From: an uncultured Gammaproteobacteria bacterium
GTDB taxonomy: Bacteria > Patescibacteriota > Patescibacteriia > Patescibacteriales > UBA12465
Length of the DNA: 64,000 nt
Direction of reading: 5' to 3'
Assembly (NCBI GenBank): GCA_964548885.1
Contig: CAZJSQ010000001.1
Location: 52,782-116,781, forward strand
The notes beneath the pieces are model-generated. The model was not told the DNA's origin. It saw only the letters and a program-made list of their open reading frames with translations, and did no database searches. Both the position numbers and the translations under genes were made by a program. This document shows positions 18,033 through 27,432 of the stretch, piece by piece; position 1 is the stretch's first letter; every line of letters starts with the position of its first letter.

Positions 18033-19082
18033 CTAAACGCCCATATCGTTTTTTTTATAGTCTTCCAGACTCTGTCCGGTGAGCATTCGGAATATAGTCA
18101 GATACCGGTCGGCAGTGTCGGTGATAATTTCTTCCGGAATTTTTAAATTATGAACAAAAGCCGCATGTTCCGGATTGGCCGGGTTTAATTTATTAATCCC
18201 GGTAATCTGTCCGTTTTCGTCTTTAAACGGGGTTTCTACCGTTGCGCCCCAATCCCTGACCGGTTGCTTATCCATGAAAGAAGGATCACGTCCTCCGGCC
18301 ATGGCTTTTTCCCAGTCTTCTTTTAGAACAAACCGTGAAGAATCCGGAGTCAGGACTTCGTCAACTATTTTTGGGCCGCCGGCGACCTCAAATTTAGTAT
18401 CTAAAATTAAGATACTTTTTGTTTGAGCGTACGCGTACGCTATCGCGTATGCCTGTTCCAGCATATAAACACTTTGACGAGCCTCTACACCCAGGCCCTT
18501 TTTTGACATCTCGCTGTAAAAGTAATCAGCATCCACATTGATATCGTGGCCCACCTCCTCTTTCGTTGAGGGCGTGAAGATAGGCCATTCCAATTTCGAC
18601 CATTTCGGCAGATTGGCCGGTAGTTGCTGTCCGCCGGCTAAACCCGTTTTCTGGTAGGATTTGAAAATCGATCCGCCGATATGATGGCGAAAAATCATCT
18701 CAAAAGGATAAAGTTTCCCTTTCATATCTTCAATCACCAGGCAACGCTCAAGCGGCAGAGCATGTAGGAAATCCTCCCGCAAATCCCAGGCATCATTAAA
18801 CCCGGGGTGGGTTCCGGATTCAACTAAGTGATGGCTGAACTCATACAATATCTTAGTCAGCCAAAAGTGAGTCAGGGCAGTTAAAGTTTCACCTTTTTTT
18901 GGAACTAAGGCGTTTAAGACGAAATCAAAGATACTGATTCTGTCCGTAGCCACGACCAATAAGCTGTCATTATCAAGGCGCCAAGTATCTCTCACTTTTC
19001 CTTGAGAGACACGTTTCAGTCCGGTTCCCGACAAATATGATGACAATTTGTCGTTTTTTAGTTGTTTTGGAATCTGTGCCAT
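18033..19082 (-). CDS. purC: Phosphoribosylaminoimidazole-succinocarboxamide synthase (SAICAR synthetase, long form)
   Basis: GKVRDTW...LLVVATDRISIFDFVL matches the PurC signature. The 349-aa length is typical of the long (yeast/actinobacterial-type) form. Confidence 0.85.
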   Translation of the reverse strand: MAQIPKQLKNDKLSSYLSGTGLKRVSQGKVRDTWRLDNDSLLVVATDRISIFDFVLNALVPKKGETLTALTHFWLTKILYEFSHHLVESGTHPGFNDAWDLREDFLHALPLERCLVIEDMKGKLYPFEMIFRHHIGGSIFKSYQKTGLAGGQQLPANLPKWSKLEWPIFTPSTKEEVGHDINVDADYFYSEMSKKGLGVEARQSVYMLEQAYAIAYAYAQTKSILILDTKFEVAGGPKIVDEVLTPDSSRFVLKEDWEKAMAGGRDPSFMDKQPVRDWGATVETPFKDENGQITGINKLNPANPEHAAFVHNLKIPEEIITDTADRYLTIFRMLTGQSLEDYKKNDMGV

Positions 19083-19338
19083 TTTTAATTGATTTTTAAT
19101 GAACGTTATACATTATAATTTACGACTTCTAATTCACGAATATTATAGGTATCAAATTATATTAATACAAAAACCGGATAAATGTCAAATCAGTTTTAAA
19201 CAGTTAATTCCCGACGGCTTTTTTCAACGGCCCCTTGCCCGTTTTTTAACGTTTTTTTAATGTTTGTTTTTTAAGGCCGTTTCTGATAAAATTAGATAAT
19301 AAAATGGGGTGTCCCATTAAGATAATCAAATTTAATTT

Positions 19339-21246
19339 ATGTCCAGCAAAAAAAAGAAAGGGCTTATTATAACGGCGATTATTTTAGCTATTATCGCGTC
19401 ATTTTTTATTTTCAAAAAAAAGCCGCAAAACGAATATACGACCGTTAATCTGAAAAAGGGAACTCTTATTCAGACCGTTACCGAAGTCGGCACGGTCAAG
19501 GCCAGCCAGGAACTGGAACTTAGCTTCGCGCTTAGCGGCCAAGTTAATAAAATAACGGCCAAAGTCGGTGATCTGATCAAAAAAGACACCGTCCTGATGG
19601 AATTAGATTTGAATTCCTTGATTTTAAAAGAAAAAGAAGCGGCTTCCAGTTTTGACGTCGCCCAAGCCAACTTGAATAAATTATTAAAAGGAGCGACCGC
19701 TCAAGATATCGCTATCAGCGCCGCTCAAGAGGCCCAGGCTAAAAGCGCTTATTCCTCCGCGGAAAACGATTTGGCGAAAGCGCTGGAACTAAGCGCCGAG
19801 AATTTAAGCCAGGCGGCAAAAAAATTGGCGGATTTAGAATCGTCATCGGCCAGCGATGTTACGCCGTTAGAACAGGCGGTCGCGACCGCCCAAACTAATT
19901 TAGCTAACGCTAAAATTAGCGCCCGACAAACAATAGACAATAGCCGCGATAGCTTGCTCAATACGGCCGACGCGAAAATAAGCATCGCCAACAGCGCCTT
20001 GGATTATATTAATCGTCTCTTAAACGACGCTGACCTGAAAAATACTTTCGGCATCAAAGATTCCACCATCCTCCTGAATACTAAAAATGATTACGCTCTG
20101 GCGCTCGACGCGAAAGCTCCGGCCGCGGTCACTCTCCTAACGACTAAGGCCTTTACCACGGAAGCGAATTTAAAAAATCTGGTCAGTCTGACTTTGGCTT
20201 ATTTGGAAATAACCAATCAAACGGCCAATAATTGTTTCAAGAGTCTGGAAAATACGGTTGTCTCTTCCGTTTTGCCGCAAGCGACTTTGGACGCTTATAA
20301 AACTAATGTCAGCGCCAACTTAAACGCCGTCAGTACGGGCGTCAGCGCCATTCAAAGCGCCGATTACGCCTTCCGTAACGCGCTTCTTTCTTATGATACC
20401 GGTGTCGCGGCCGCAACTGATGCTTTAGGTTCGGCTCAAGTTAATCTTGACGACGCCTTGAAGAACGCTCGCAACACCTATAATTCCGTGAAATTAAACG
20501 GCGAGAGCCAAGTCGTCGCCGCCCAGTCTAAATTAAGCGCCGCGAAACAGGCCTGGAATATCGCCCAAAAACAATTGATCAGCATTAAGACGCCGGCGCG
20601 CTCCGAGGATATTGATTTGACCAGAGCGCAACTGGCGCAAGCCCAGGCGAATCTGGATTTGATAAAAAAACAAGAATCGGAAAGCCAAATCATCGCCCCG
20701 ATTGACGGACAAATTTCCAAGATAAATTATGAAATCGGCGAGCAAGTCTCTTCCAAGGCGGCGCTAACGATGCTCACGGAAAATAATTTTGAAATTGAAG
20801 TGGATATTTCCGAAGTGGATATTTCTAAAGTAAAACTGAACGATTCGTCCGTAATCGATTTTGACGCCTTCGGCGAAACGCGGAAATTCAGCGGTTCGGT
20901 CTATTTTATAGAACCGGCGGCGACTGTCATTTCTGGCATAACTTACTATAAAGTCAAAATAAGCCTGACCGACACGGGCGCGAATCTTCAAGATGTCAAA
21001 GCGGGCATGACCGCCAATATCACCATCACCACCAATAAGAAAGACGATGTCTGGCTGGTTCCGGCGCGGGCGGTGATTGATAAAAATGGCAGCGGGAAAA
21101 TTGTCCGCGTTTTAACCGATGGTAATAAAGTCCAAGAAATTCCGGTAACAACCGGAATATCCGGTAATGACGGCCTGATAGAAATAAACGGCGACGACCT
21201 GGCGGCCGGGCAGAAAATAATTACTTTTATTAAAGTCGTGAATTAA
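19339..21246 (+). CDS. HlyD/MacA-family periplasmic adaptor subunit with a long coiled-coil
   Basis: An N-terminal TM anchor, a biotin-lipoyl-like segment, ~300 aa of Ala/Gln-rich coiled-coil, and a C-terminal beta-barrel domain. It sits directly upstream of the ABC ATPase. Confidence 0.75.
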   Translation: MSSKKKKGLIITAIILAIIASFFIFKKKPQNEYTTVNLKKGTLIQTVTEVGTVKASQELELSFALSGQVNKITAKVGDLIKKDTVLMELDLNSLILKEKEAASSFDVAQANLNKLLKGATAQDIAISAAQEAQAKSAYSSAENDLAKALELSAENLSQAAKKLADLESSSASDVTPLEQAVATAQTNLANAKISARQTIDNSRDSLLNTADAKISIANSALDYINRLLNDADLKNTFGIKDSTILLNTKNDYALALDAKAPAAVTLLTTKAFTTEANLKNLVSLTLAYLEITNQTANNCFKSLENTVVSSVLPQATLDAYKTNVSANLNAVSTGVSAIQSADYAFRNALLSYDTGVAAATDALGSAQVNLDDALKNARNTYNSVKLNGESQVVAAQSKLSAAKQAWNIAQKQLISIKTPARSEDIDLTRAQLAQAQANLDLIKKQESESQIIAPIDGQISKINYEIGEQVSSKAALTMLTENNFEIEVDISEVDISKVKLNDSSVIDFDAFGETRKFSGSVYFIEPAATVISGITYYKVKISLTDTGANLQDVKAGMTANITITTNKKDDVWLVPARAVIDKNGSGKIVRVLTDGNKVQEIPVTTGISGNDGLIEINGDDLAAGQKIITFIKVVN

Positions 21247-21264
21247 TCGGGCTTAAACTTTCTT

Positions 21265-21999
21265 TTGTTAACCCTCCTTCTTGATATGCTCATCCGCGTT
21301 AAAAATTTAGGCAAAGATTACGGCGCCGCCGAAACCCTGACTACGGTTTTGCGCGGTCTTGATTTTGAAATTGAGGCAGGCGAATTCGTTTCTATCATGG
21401 GACCGTCGGGATCCGGCAAATCAACTTTGATGCATATCCTCGGCTTACTGGACAACCCGACCCAGGGCCAATATTTTCTGGAAGGGAAAAACGTCACGCA
21501 TCTGGACGATGACAGCTTGGCTAAATTGCGCAACAAGGAAATCGGCTTCGTTTTCCAGTCTTTTAATCTATTGCCGCGGACGACGGTGCTAGATAACGTC
21601 AAATTGCCGCTTATTTATTCCGACGAAAAAATAGATCATGACCGCCGGGCGAAAGAAGTTCTGGCCAGCGTCGGCCTCAGTCATCGCCTGCATTATTATA
21701 CCAACCAGATTTCCGGCGGCGAAAAACAGCGCGTCGCCATCGCCCGCGCCCTCGTTAATTATCCGTCGGTCATTTTCGCGGACGAACCGACCGGCAATCT
21801 TGACTCTAAATCCGGCACGCAAATAATGGCCATACTTCAGAAGCTTAACGACGAAGGCAATACCATCATTCTCGTCACTCACGAAACCTACACGGCCGAA
21901 CACGCGAAAAGAATAATCAAGATAAAAGACGGCGAGATTATCAGCGACGAAAAAATAAAATACCGCCGCCGCGCCCATGACGGCGAAATATTAAAATAA
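21265..21999 (+). CDS. ABC transporter ATP-binding protein (MacB/LolD-like)
   Basis: Walker A GPSGSGKST, ABC signature LSGGEKQR, and Walker B IIFADEPTGNLD. Confidence 0.9.
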   Translation: MLTLLLDMLIRVKNLGKDYGAAETLTTVLRGLDFEIEAGEFVSIMGPSGSGKSTLMHILGLLDNPTQGQYFLEGKNVTHLDDDSLAKLRNKEIGFVFQSFNLLPRTTVLDNVKLPLIYSDEKIDHDRRAKEVLASVGLSHRLHYYTNQISGGEKQRVAIARALVNYPSVIFADEPTGNLDSKSGTQIMAILQKLNDEGNTIILVTHETYTAEHAKRIIKIKDGEIISDEKIKYRRRAHDGEILK

Positions 22000-22025
22000 C
22001 GAATTATTAAAATAATAAAACGCTG

Positions 22026-23273
22026 ATGCGTTTTCCTTTTAAGCAATCCCTTAAGATCTCCGTCCGCGCGCTTCTAACTAATAAAGCGAGAAGCTTTTTG
22101 ACCATGCTGGGAATAATTATCGGCGTCGGCGCGGTCGTGATGATTATGTCTCTCGGCGCGGGGGCGCAGAGCTTGATAATCAGCCAGATTGAGGGTTTGG
22201 GCGGAAACCTGGTCGGAATCTTGCCCGGAAAATCAGACTCCAGCGGTCCGCCGGCTTCAGTCATGGGTATTGCGATTACGACCCTGGTAGAAAGAGATTT
22301 GGAGGCTATCCGTCGCCAAGTGCCTAACCTTGACGGCGCCGTCGGCTATTCGCGCGGTCTGGCGACCGCCAGCTGGGGACAGATGAATTATGAGACGAAC
22401 ATTAACGGTTGTTCCATAGATTATTTGAAAGTTGAAGGCGGAGAAGTGGACGCGGGCCGGTTTTTTACGGCGGAAGAAGACCGTGATATGGCTAAAGTCG
22501 CGGTGCTTGGTTTAACCGTCAAGCAAGAATTATTCGGCGATTCCGACGCCGTCGGCCGGCAGATAAAAATAAAGAAACAATCTTTTGAAGTTATCGGCGT
22601 GATGGTGCCGCGGGGCACGGTCGCTTTCGTGGATTACGACGACCAGATTAATATTCCTCTTCAGACCGCCCAGAAATTAATCAACGGCGTCAACCATTTA
22701 AGTTTTATTCGGATGAAAGCGAGTAGCGCCGCCAGCGTGGACCAAGTGATGGCCGATACGATTATTGTTTTGCGCGACCGCCATGATATCAAAGATCAAA
22801 GCGGACAGGACGATGATTTTTCCGTTCGCAGCCTGGCCCAAGCTCTCGATATGATTATCACGATTACGGACGCGCTCAAATATTTCTTAATCGCCATGGC
22901 GGCGATATCCTTAATCGTCGCCGGTATCGGCATCATGAACATCATGCTCATCAGCGTCAATGAAAGGACTAAGGAAATCGGCCTGCGTAAAGCCCTTGGC
23001 GCCAACAATCGCCATATCATCTGGCAATTTTTAATTGAAGCGATAACTTTGACTCTGATTGGCGGCGCCGGCGGAATAATCCTGGGGACTGTCGGTTCTT
23101 GGCTTATTTCTTTGATCGTCCGCCGGCTCGGCTATAATTATGAATTCATCGTTTCCGCTTCTTCAATCATTTTGGCTTTATCGGTTTCAACTTTAATCGG
23201 TCTGATTTTCGGCTTATATCCGGCGCGCCAGGCCAGCCGCCTGGAACCGGTGGAAGCTTTAAGTTATGAATAA
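22026..23273 (+). CDS. ABC transporter permease, FtsX/MacB family (large periplasmic domain)
   Basis: TM1, then a ~220-aa extracytoplasmic domain, then 3 C-terminal TMs. The conserved FtsX-like GIGIMNIMLISVNERTKEIGLRKALGA is present. Confidence 0.85.
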   Translation: MRFPFKQSLKISVRALLTNKARSFLTMLGIIIGVGAVVMIMSLGAGAQSLIISQIEGLGGNLVGILPGKSDSSGPPASVMGIAITTLVERDLEAIRRQVPNLDGAVGYSRGLATASWGQMNYETNINGCSIDYLKVEGGEVDAGRFFTAEEDRDMAKVAVLGLTVKQELFGDSDAVGRQIKIKKQSFEVIGVMVPRGTVAFVDYDDQINIPLQTAQKLINGVNHLSFIRMKASSAASVDQVMADTIIVLRDRHDIKDQSGQDDDFSVRSLAQALDMIITITDALKYFLIAMAAISLIVAGIGIMNIMLISVNERTKEIGLRKALGANNRHIIWQFLIEAITLTLIGGAGGIILGTVGSWLISLIVRRLGYNYEFIVSASSIILALSVSTLIGLIFGLYPARQASRLEPVEALSYE

Positions 23274-24525
23274 AATTTTTCCGGCGATAAAAATGGCCTT
23301 AAGATCCATGAACGCGAATAAAATGCGGACTTTTTTGACCGTGCTCGGGGTCATGATCGGCATCGCCAGCATTATCATCGTCTATTCGGCCGGCGAGGGC
23401 ATCAGGAGTTTAATGGTCGGACAGATGGAAGCTTTCGGCACCAATATCATTGAGACGGAAATAAAAGTGCCGACCGCTAAAAAGGGAACTTCGGGAGATA
23501 CGGAAAGCGCGATGGCTCTCGCTTCCGGCGTCCAAGTGACGACTTTAAACGGCGAAGATTTAAAAGATATTAATAAAATTCCTAATATCGTCGGCGGTTA
23601 CGGAGCGGTTATGGCTCAAGAAAAAATCACTTTTAAAAATGAATCGCGCGCCGCCAGTTTATTTGGAGTCAGCGCCACTTATTTGGATATTGATAAAAGT
23701 AAGATGGCGTCGGGATTTTTTTTCAGCGCCGAAGACGATCAGGCCTTAAGTCAAAGCGCGGTTTTGGGCAGTAAGATAAAAGAAACGTTGTTCGGCGATT
23801 CTGATCCGCTCGGCCAATATATTACCATCCGTAAAGCCAGATTCCGGGTTATCGGCGTGATGGCATCGCGCGGCGCGACCATGGGGATGGATCTGGATGA
23901 TTACGTTTATGTCCCGGTGCGGACGCTGCAGCAAAAAATCATGGGTATTGATTATTTTATGTATATGATTCACCAGTTTCAGGACCCGAAACTGGCGGCC
24001 GATACCGCCGAAGAGATAAAACGCGTCGTCCGCGATAATCACGATATTACCGACCCGGCCAAAGATGATTTTCGCGTGACCACCATGGAAGAAATGATGA
24101 AAATGTTGGATACTATCACCAACGCTTTGACTTGGCTTTTATTGGCGATTGTCGCTATTTCTCTGATTGTCGGCGGAGTCGGGATACTAAACATCATGTA
24201 TGTTATCGTCAGCGAAAGGACGCTGGAAATCGGCCTGCGGAAAGCGGTCGGCGCCAATTACAGCCATATTATGACGCAATTTCTCGTGGAAGCGGTCCTG
24301 ATTACTCTTCTGGGCGCCGTTATCGGCGTCATCCTCGGCGTCATCGTTTCCAAATTAATCGCGATTGGCGCCAGTTTCGCCGGTTTGGCTTGGGAATTTA
24401 GAATACCGCTAAAGGCTTTCGTCGTGTCTATCAGTTTCGTTTTTTTATTCGGCATTTTCTTCGGAGTTTATCCGGCGAAAAAAGCGGCCCAAATGAATCC
24501 GATAGATGCGCTTAGGAAAGAATAA
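23266..24525 (+). CDS. ABC transporter permease, FtsX/MacB family (paralog)
   Basis: Same architecture as the preceding gene (GVGILNIMYVIVSERTLEIGLRKAVGA). Its start overlaps the upstream stop. Confidence 0.85.
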   Translation: MNKIFPAIKMALRSMNANKMRTFLTVLGVMIGIASIIIVYSAGEGIRSLMVGQMEAFGTNIIETEIKVPTAKKGTSGDTESAMALASGVQVTTLNGEDLKDINKIPNIVGGYGAVMAQEKITFKNESRAASLFGVSATYLDIDKSKMASGFFFSAEDDQALSQSAVLGSKIKETLFGDSDPLGQYITIRKARFRVIGVMASRGATMGMDLDDYVYVPVRTLQQKIMGIDYFMYMIHQFQDPKLAADTAEEIKRVVRDNHDITDPAKDDFRVTTMEEMMKMLDTITNALTWLLLAIVAISLIVGGVGILNIMYVIVSERTLEIGLRKAVGANYSHIMTQFLVEAVLITLLGAVIGVILGVIVSKLIAIGASFAGLAWEFRIPLKAFVVSISFVFLFGIFFGVYPAKKAAQMNPIDALRKE

Positions 24526-24556
24526 AATTTTTAAGGAAAAAGATATAAAATAAAGT

Positions 24557-27286
24557 TTGCATATGAATAAGCCAAACAATAAAAATTTAGAGAATAAAAA
24601 TTTGGAAGATAAACACCCGCCAGATTTTTATGAATTGAAAACGGAAGCGGTTTTTAAAGCCGTTAACTCCTCGCCTGAAGGCCTAAGCTCCGAAGAGGCG
24701 AAAAAACGGCTGGCTCAAGACGGGCTCAATGTCTTAGTGGAAGAAGAACCCTATAGCCGCCTGAAAGTTTTTATATCCCAATTCAAGAATCCCCTGATTT
24801 ATATTCTCCTGGGCGCCGGCGTTATTTCTCTTGCCGTCGGTGAAACTATAGACGCTCAAGTAATCGCCGCCGCCGTTCTGGTCAATGTCATTATCGGCTT
24901 TATTCAGGAAGATAAGGCCAATAGCGCTTTAAGCAAACTTAAAAAAATAGTGGAGCATCAAGCTTACGTTAAAAGAAACGGGCGGGAAATAGAGATTCCG
25001 ACCGCGGCGGTCGCAAGCGGCGACGTTTTAATTTTAAAAGCCGGCCAGATAATCCCGGCCGACGCTCGCGTTTTTCAGAATTTTGATTTAGAAGTGAATG
25101 AAGCCAGTTTGACCGGGGAGTCCTTATCCGTTTCCAAAAGCATTCAACCGTGCGCGCCCTTGACCGGTTTAGCCGATCGTAAAAGTATGGTCTACGCCGG
25201 AACCAATATTATCAGCGGGCACGGACTCGCGATTACGGTCGCGACCGGAGGCAAAACCGAAGTCGGAAAAATCGCGGCCATGGTCAAGACGGCCGCAAGC
25301 GGCCCGACGCCTCTGCAGGAACGCCTAACTAGGATTTCCCGTCTTCTCGGTTTGAGCGTCGTCACCATTTGTCTGATTATTGTCATCTCCGGCGTCTTGA
25401 AGGGCTTAAGCTTCTTAAATATTCTTCTGGCCGCGATCGCGATATCGGTCGCCGCCATCCCCGAAGGCTTATCCGTCGCCGTTACCGTCATTCTCGCCAT
25501 CGGCATGAAACATATCGTCAAAAAAAAGGCTTTGACCAGAAAATTATTGGCCGCGGAAACGCTGGGGTCTATTACGGCCATTTGTTCCGATAAGACCGGG
25601 ACTTTAACCGAAGGAAAAATGCGCTTGGAAGAAATCGTTTCATATTCGGGACGCTTGGCGCCGGCGAAATTAACGGGTCCTCGCGACTTGTCAAAATTAA
25701 AAGATTTTATGCTGGCTTTAAAGACCGGCGTTTTATGCAATAACGCCGTTATTAATCCGGAGACTTTTAAGAGCTCCGGGCTGGCGCTGGAAGTGTCGTT
25801 TTTAAAAGTCGCTTTGGATTTAGGCGTGAGTCAGTCGGAATTAATGAAGGACGAACCGCGCTTAAGCGAACTGCCGTTTAACAGCATCAGGAAATTCATG
25901 ATCAGCCTGCATCAAAAAGGAAACGCTTTCAGTCTTTATGAAAAAGGCGCGGGAGAAATCGTTTTGGAAAAATGTGTTTTTCTTGAAGACGCCGGGAAAA
26001 TAAGAGCGCTGGAAAATAAAGACAAAGAAAAGATTTTGGCTCTTTATGAAGATTTGACTCGTGGCGGCCTGCGCGTTATCGCTCTCGCTTATCGTGATTT
26101 AGAAACCTTGCCTTTTAATCCGACGGCGGAAGAAAAAAATTGGAATTTAGTGGATAAGGATTTAACTTTCATCGGCTTGGCGGCTTTTAAAGATCCGCTC
26201 CGTCACGAGTCTAGAAAAACTATCGCTTTATGCCAGGGCGCCGGCATCAGGCCGATAATTATCACCGGCGACCATCCTAATACCGCCCAAGCCATTGCCG
26301 AAGAATTAAAAATGGATTTGGGCGCGGCCGGCGTTATCAGCGGTGATTTTCTGGAGAAACTCAATGAGGGCGAACTGAGAGAATTAGTGAAGACCGTCGC
26401 GGTTTACGCTCGCGTCAGTCCGGACCATAAATTGCGCATCGTGAACGCTTTAAAAAAGAACGGGGAAGTCGTGGCCATGACCGGCGACGGCTTGAACGAT
26501 TCGCCGGCCCTGAAAGCGGCCGATATCGGCATCTGCCTCGGCTCCGGCACGGAAGTCGCCAAAGAAACCGCCGACATCGTCCTGCTCGACGATAATTTCA
26601 GCGTCATCGTCAGCGCGATCAGACAAGGTCGGATTATCTTTGATAATATCCGAAAATCTTTGACTTATCTTATTTCCGACTGCTTTTCGGAAATAATTCT
26701 TATTTTAGGATCCGTTCTTTTTAATCTGCCGCTCGCCTTGCTGCCGACGCAGATCCTCTGGATAAATATTTTAAACGACGGCCTGCCCAGTTTTTCCCTA
26801 GCTTTTGAATCTAATGACGACGGCGTCATGAAACGCCGGCCGGTCAAAAGGAGCGAATCTATTTTTACGCCGGAAATGAAAGCGATTCTTTTCGGCGTCG
26901 GCCTTATAAGAGAAGTTTTATTATTCGCCGGCTTCTATTATTGCGCGACGCATCTGGCGGTCTTGGGTTGGAGCCTCAGTTATTTAAGAACATTATTAGT
27001 TGCCATTTTGATAGTCAAATCAATCACTGCTATTTTCAGTCTGCGCAGTTTCACGCTTCCGCTTCATAAAATAAAGCAGTTCACCAATCCCTATTTATTT
27101 ATGGCCCTCGGCGTTGATTTGATTCTGCTTATCGCCGCCGTTTATCTGCCGTTTTTAAATAGATTATTAAAGACCGAACCTTTATCGGCTAAGTCCTGGC
27201 TCATAGTTCTGACCGTGGCTCTGGTTAATATTTTAATGATGGAAATCGTTAAAGCGCGCTTTGCTCGCCGCGCCCAAAAAAATTAA
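24557..27286 (+). CDS. P-type ATPase (P2-type cation-transporting, Ca2+/Mg2+-ATPase-like)
   Basis: Phosphorylation motif CSDKTGTLT, TGDHPNTA and hinge GDGLNDSPALKAADIG, with 10 TM helices. Length is 909 aa. Confidence 0.9.
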   Translation: MHMNKPNNKNLENKNLEDKHPPDFYELKTEAVFKAVNSSPEGLSSEEAKKRLAQDGLNVLVEEEPYSRLKVFISQFKNPLIYILLGAGVISLAVGETIDAQVIAAAVLVNVIIGFIQEDKANSALSKLKKIVEHQAYVKRNGREIEIPTAAVASGDVLILKAGQIIPADARVFQNFDLEVNEASLTGESLSVSKSIQPCAPLTGLADRKSMVYAGTNIISGHGLAITVATGGKTEVGKIAAMVKTAASGPTPLQERLTRISRLLGLSVVTICLIIVISGVLKGLSFLNILLAAIAISVAAIPEGLSVAVTVILAIGMKHIVKKKALTRKLLAAETLGSITAICSDKTGTLTEGKMRLEEIVSYSGRLAPAKLTGPRDLSKLKDFMLALKTGVLCNNAVINPETFKSSGLALEVSFLKVALDLGVSQSELMKDEPRLSELPFNSIRKFMISLHQKGNAFSLYEKGAGEIVLEKCVFLEDAGKIRALENKDKEKILALYEDLTRGGLRVIALAYRDLETLPFNPTAEEKNWNLVDKDLTFIGLAAFKDPLRHESRKTIALCQGAGIRPIIITGDHPNTAQAIAEELKMDLGAAGVISGDFLEKLNEGELRELVKTVAVYARVSPDHKLRIVNALKKNGEVVAMTGDGLNDSPALKAADIGICLGSGTEVAKETADIVLLDDNFSVIVSAIRQGRIIFDNIRKSLTYLISDCFSEIILILGSVLFNLPLALLPTQILWINILNDGLPSFSLAFESNDDGVMKRRPVKRSESIFTPEMKAILFGVGLIREVLLFAGFYYCATHLAVLGWSLSYLRTLLVAILIVKSITAIFSLRSFTLPLHKIKQFTNPYLFMALGVDLILLIAAVYLPFLNRLLKTEPLSAKSWLIVLTVALVNILMMEIVKARFARRAQKN

Positions 27287-27334
27287 CATCGTTTGATATT
27301 TCGTTTGACTTTAACTACAAAATCTGATAATTTA

Positions 27335-27382
27335 AGATGATAATTAATTTCCTAAAAATGGAATAATTATCATCTTTTTTTG
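27335..27382 (+). terminator. Perfect 12-bp inverted repeat (AGATGATAATTA/TAATTATCATCT) followed by T7: terminator or operator between the ATPase and purL
   Basis: Visible palindrome with a 17-nt loop and a downstream TTTTTTT. The stem is AT-rich, so terminator efficiency is uncertain. Confidence 0.45.
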
Positions 27383-27432
27383 AACATTGGCAGAACATTA
27401 ACAAATTAATATACACTTAAAAAACAAGCGCC

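Noticed and set aside
27287-27432. Purine riboswitch upstream of purL
   Set aside because: The conserved junction motifs of the purine riboswitch are not evident. The only structure is the AT-rich 12-bp palindrome, reported separately.
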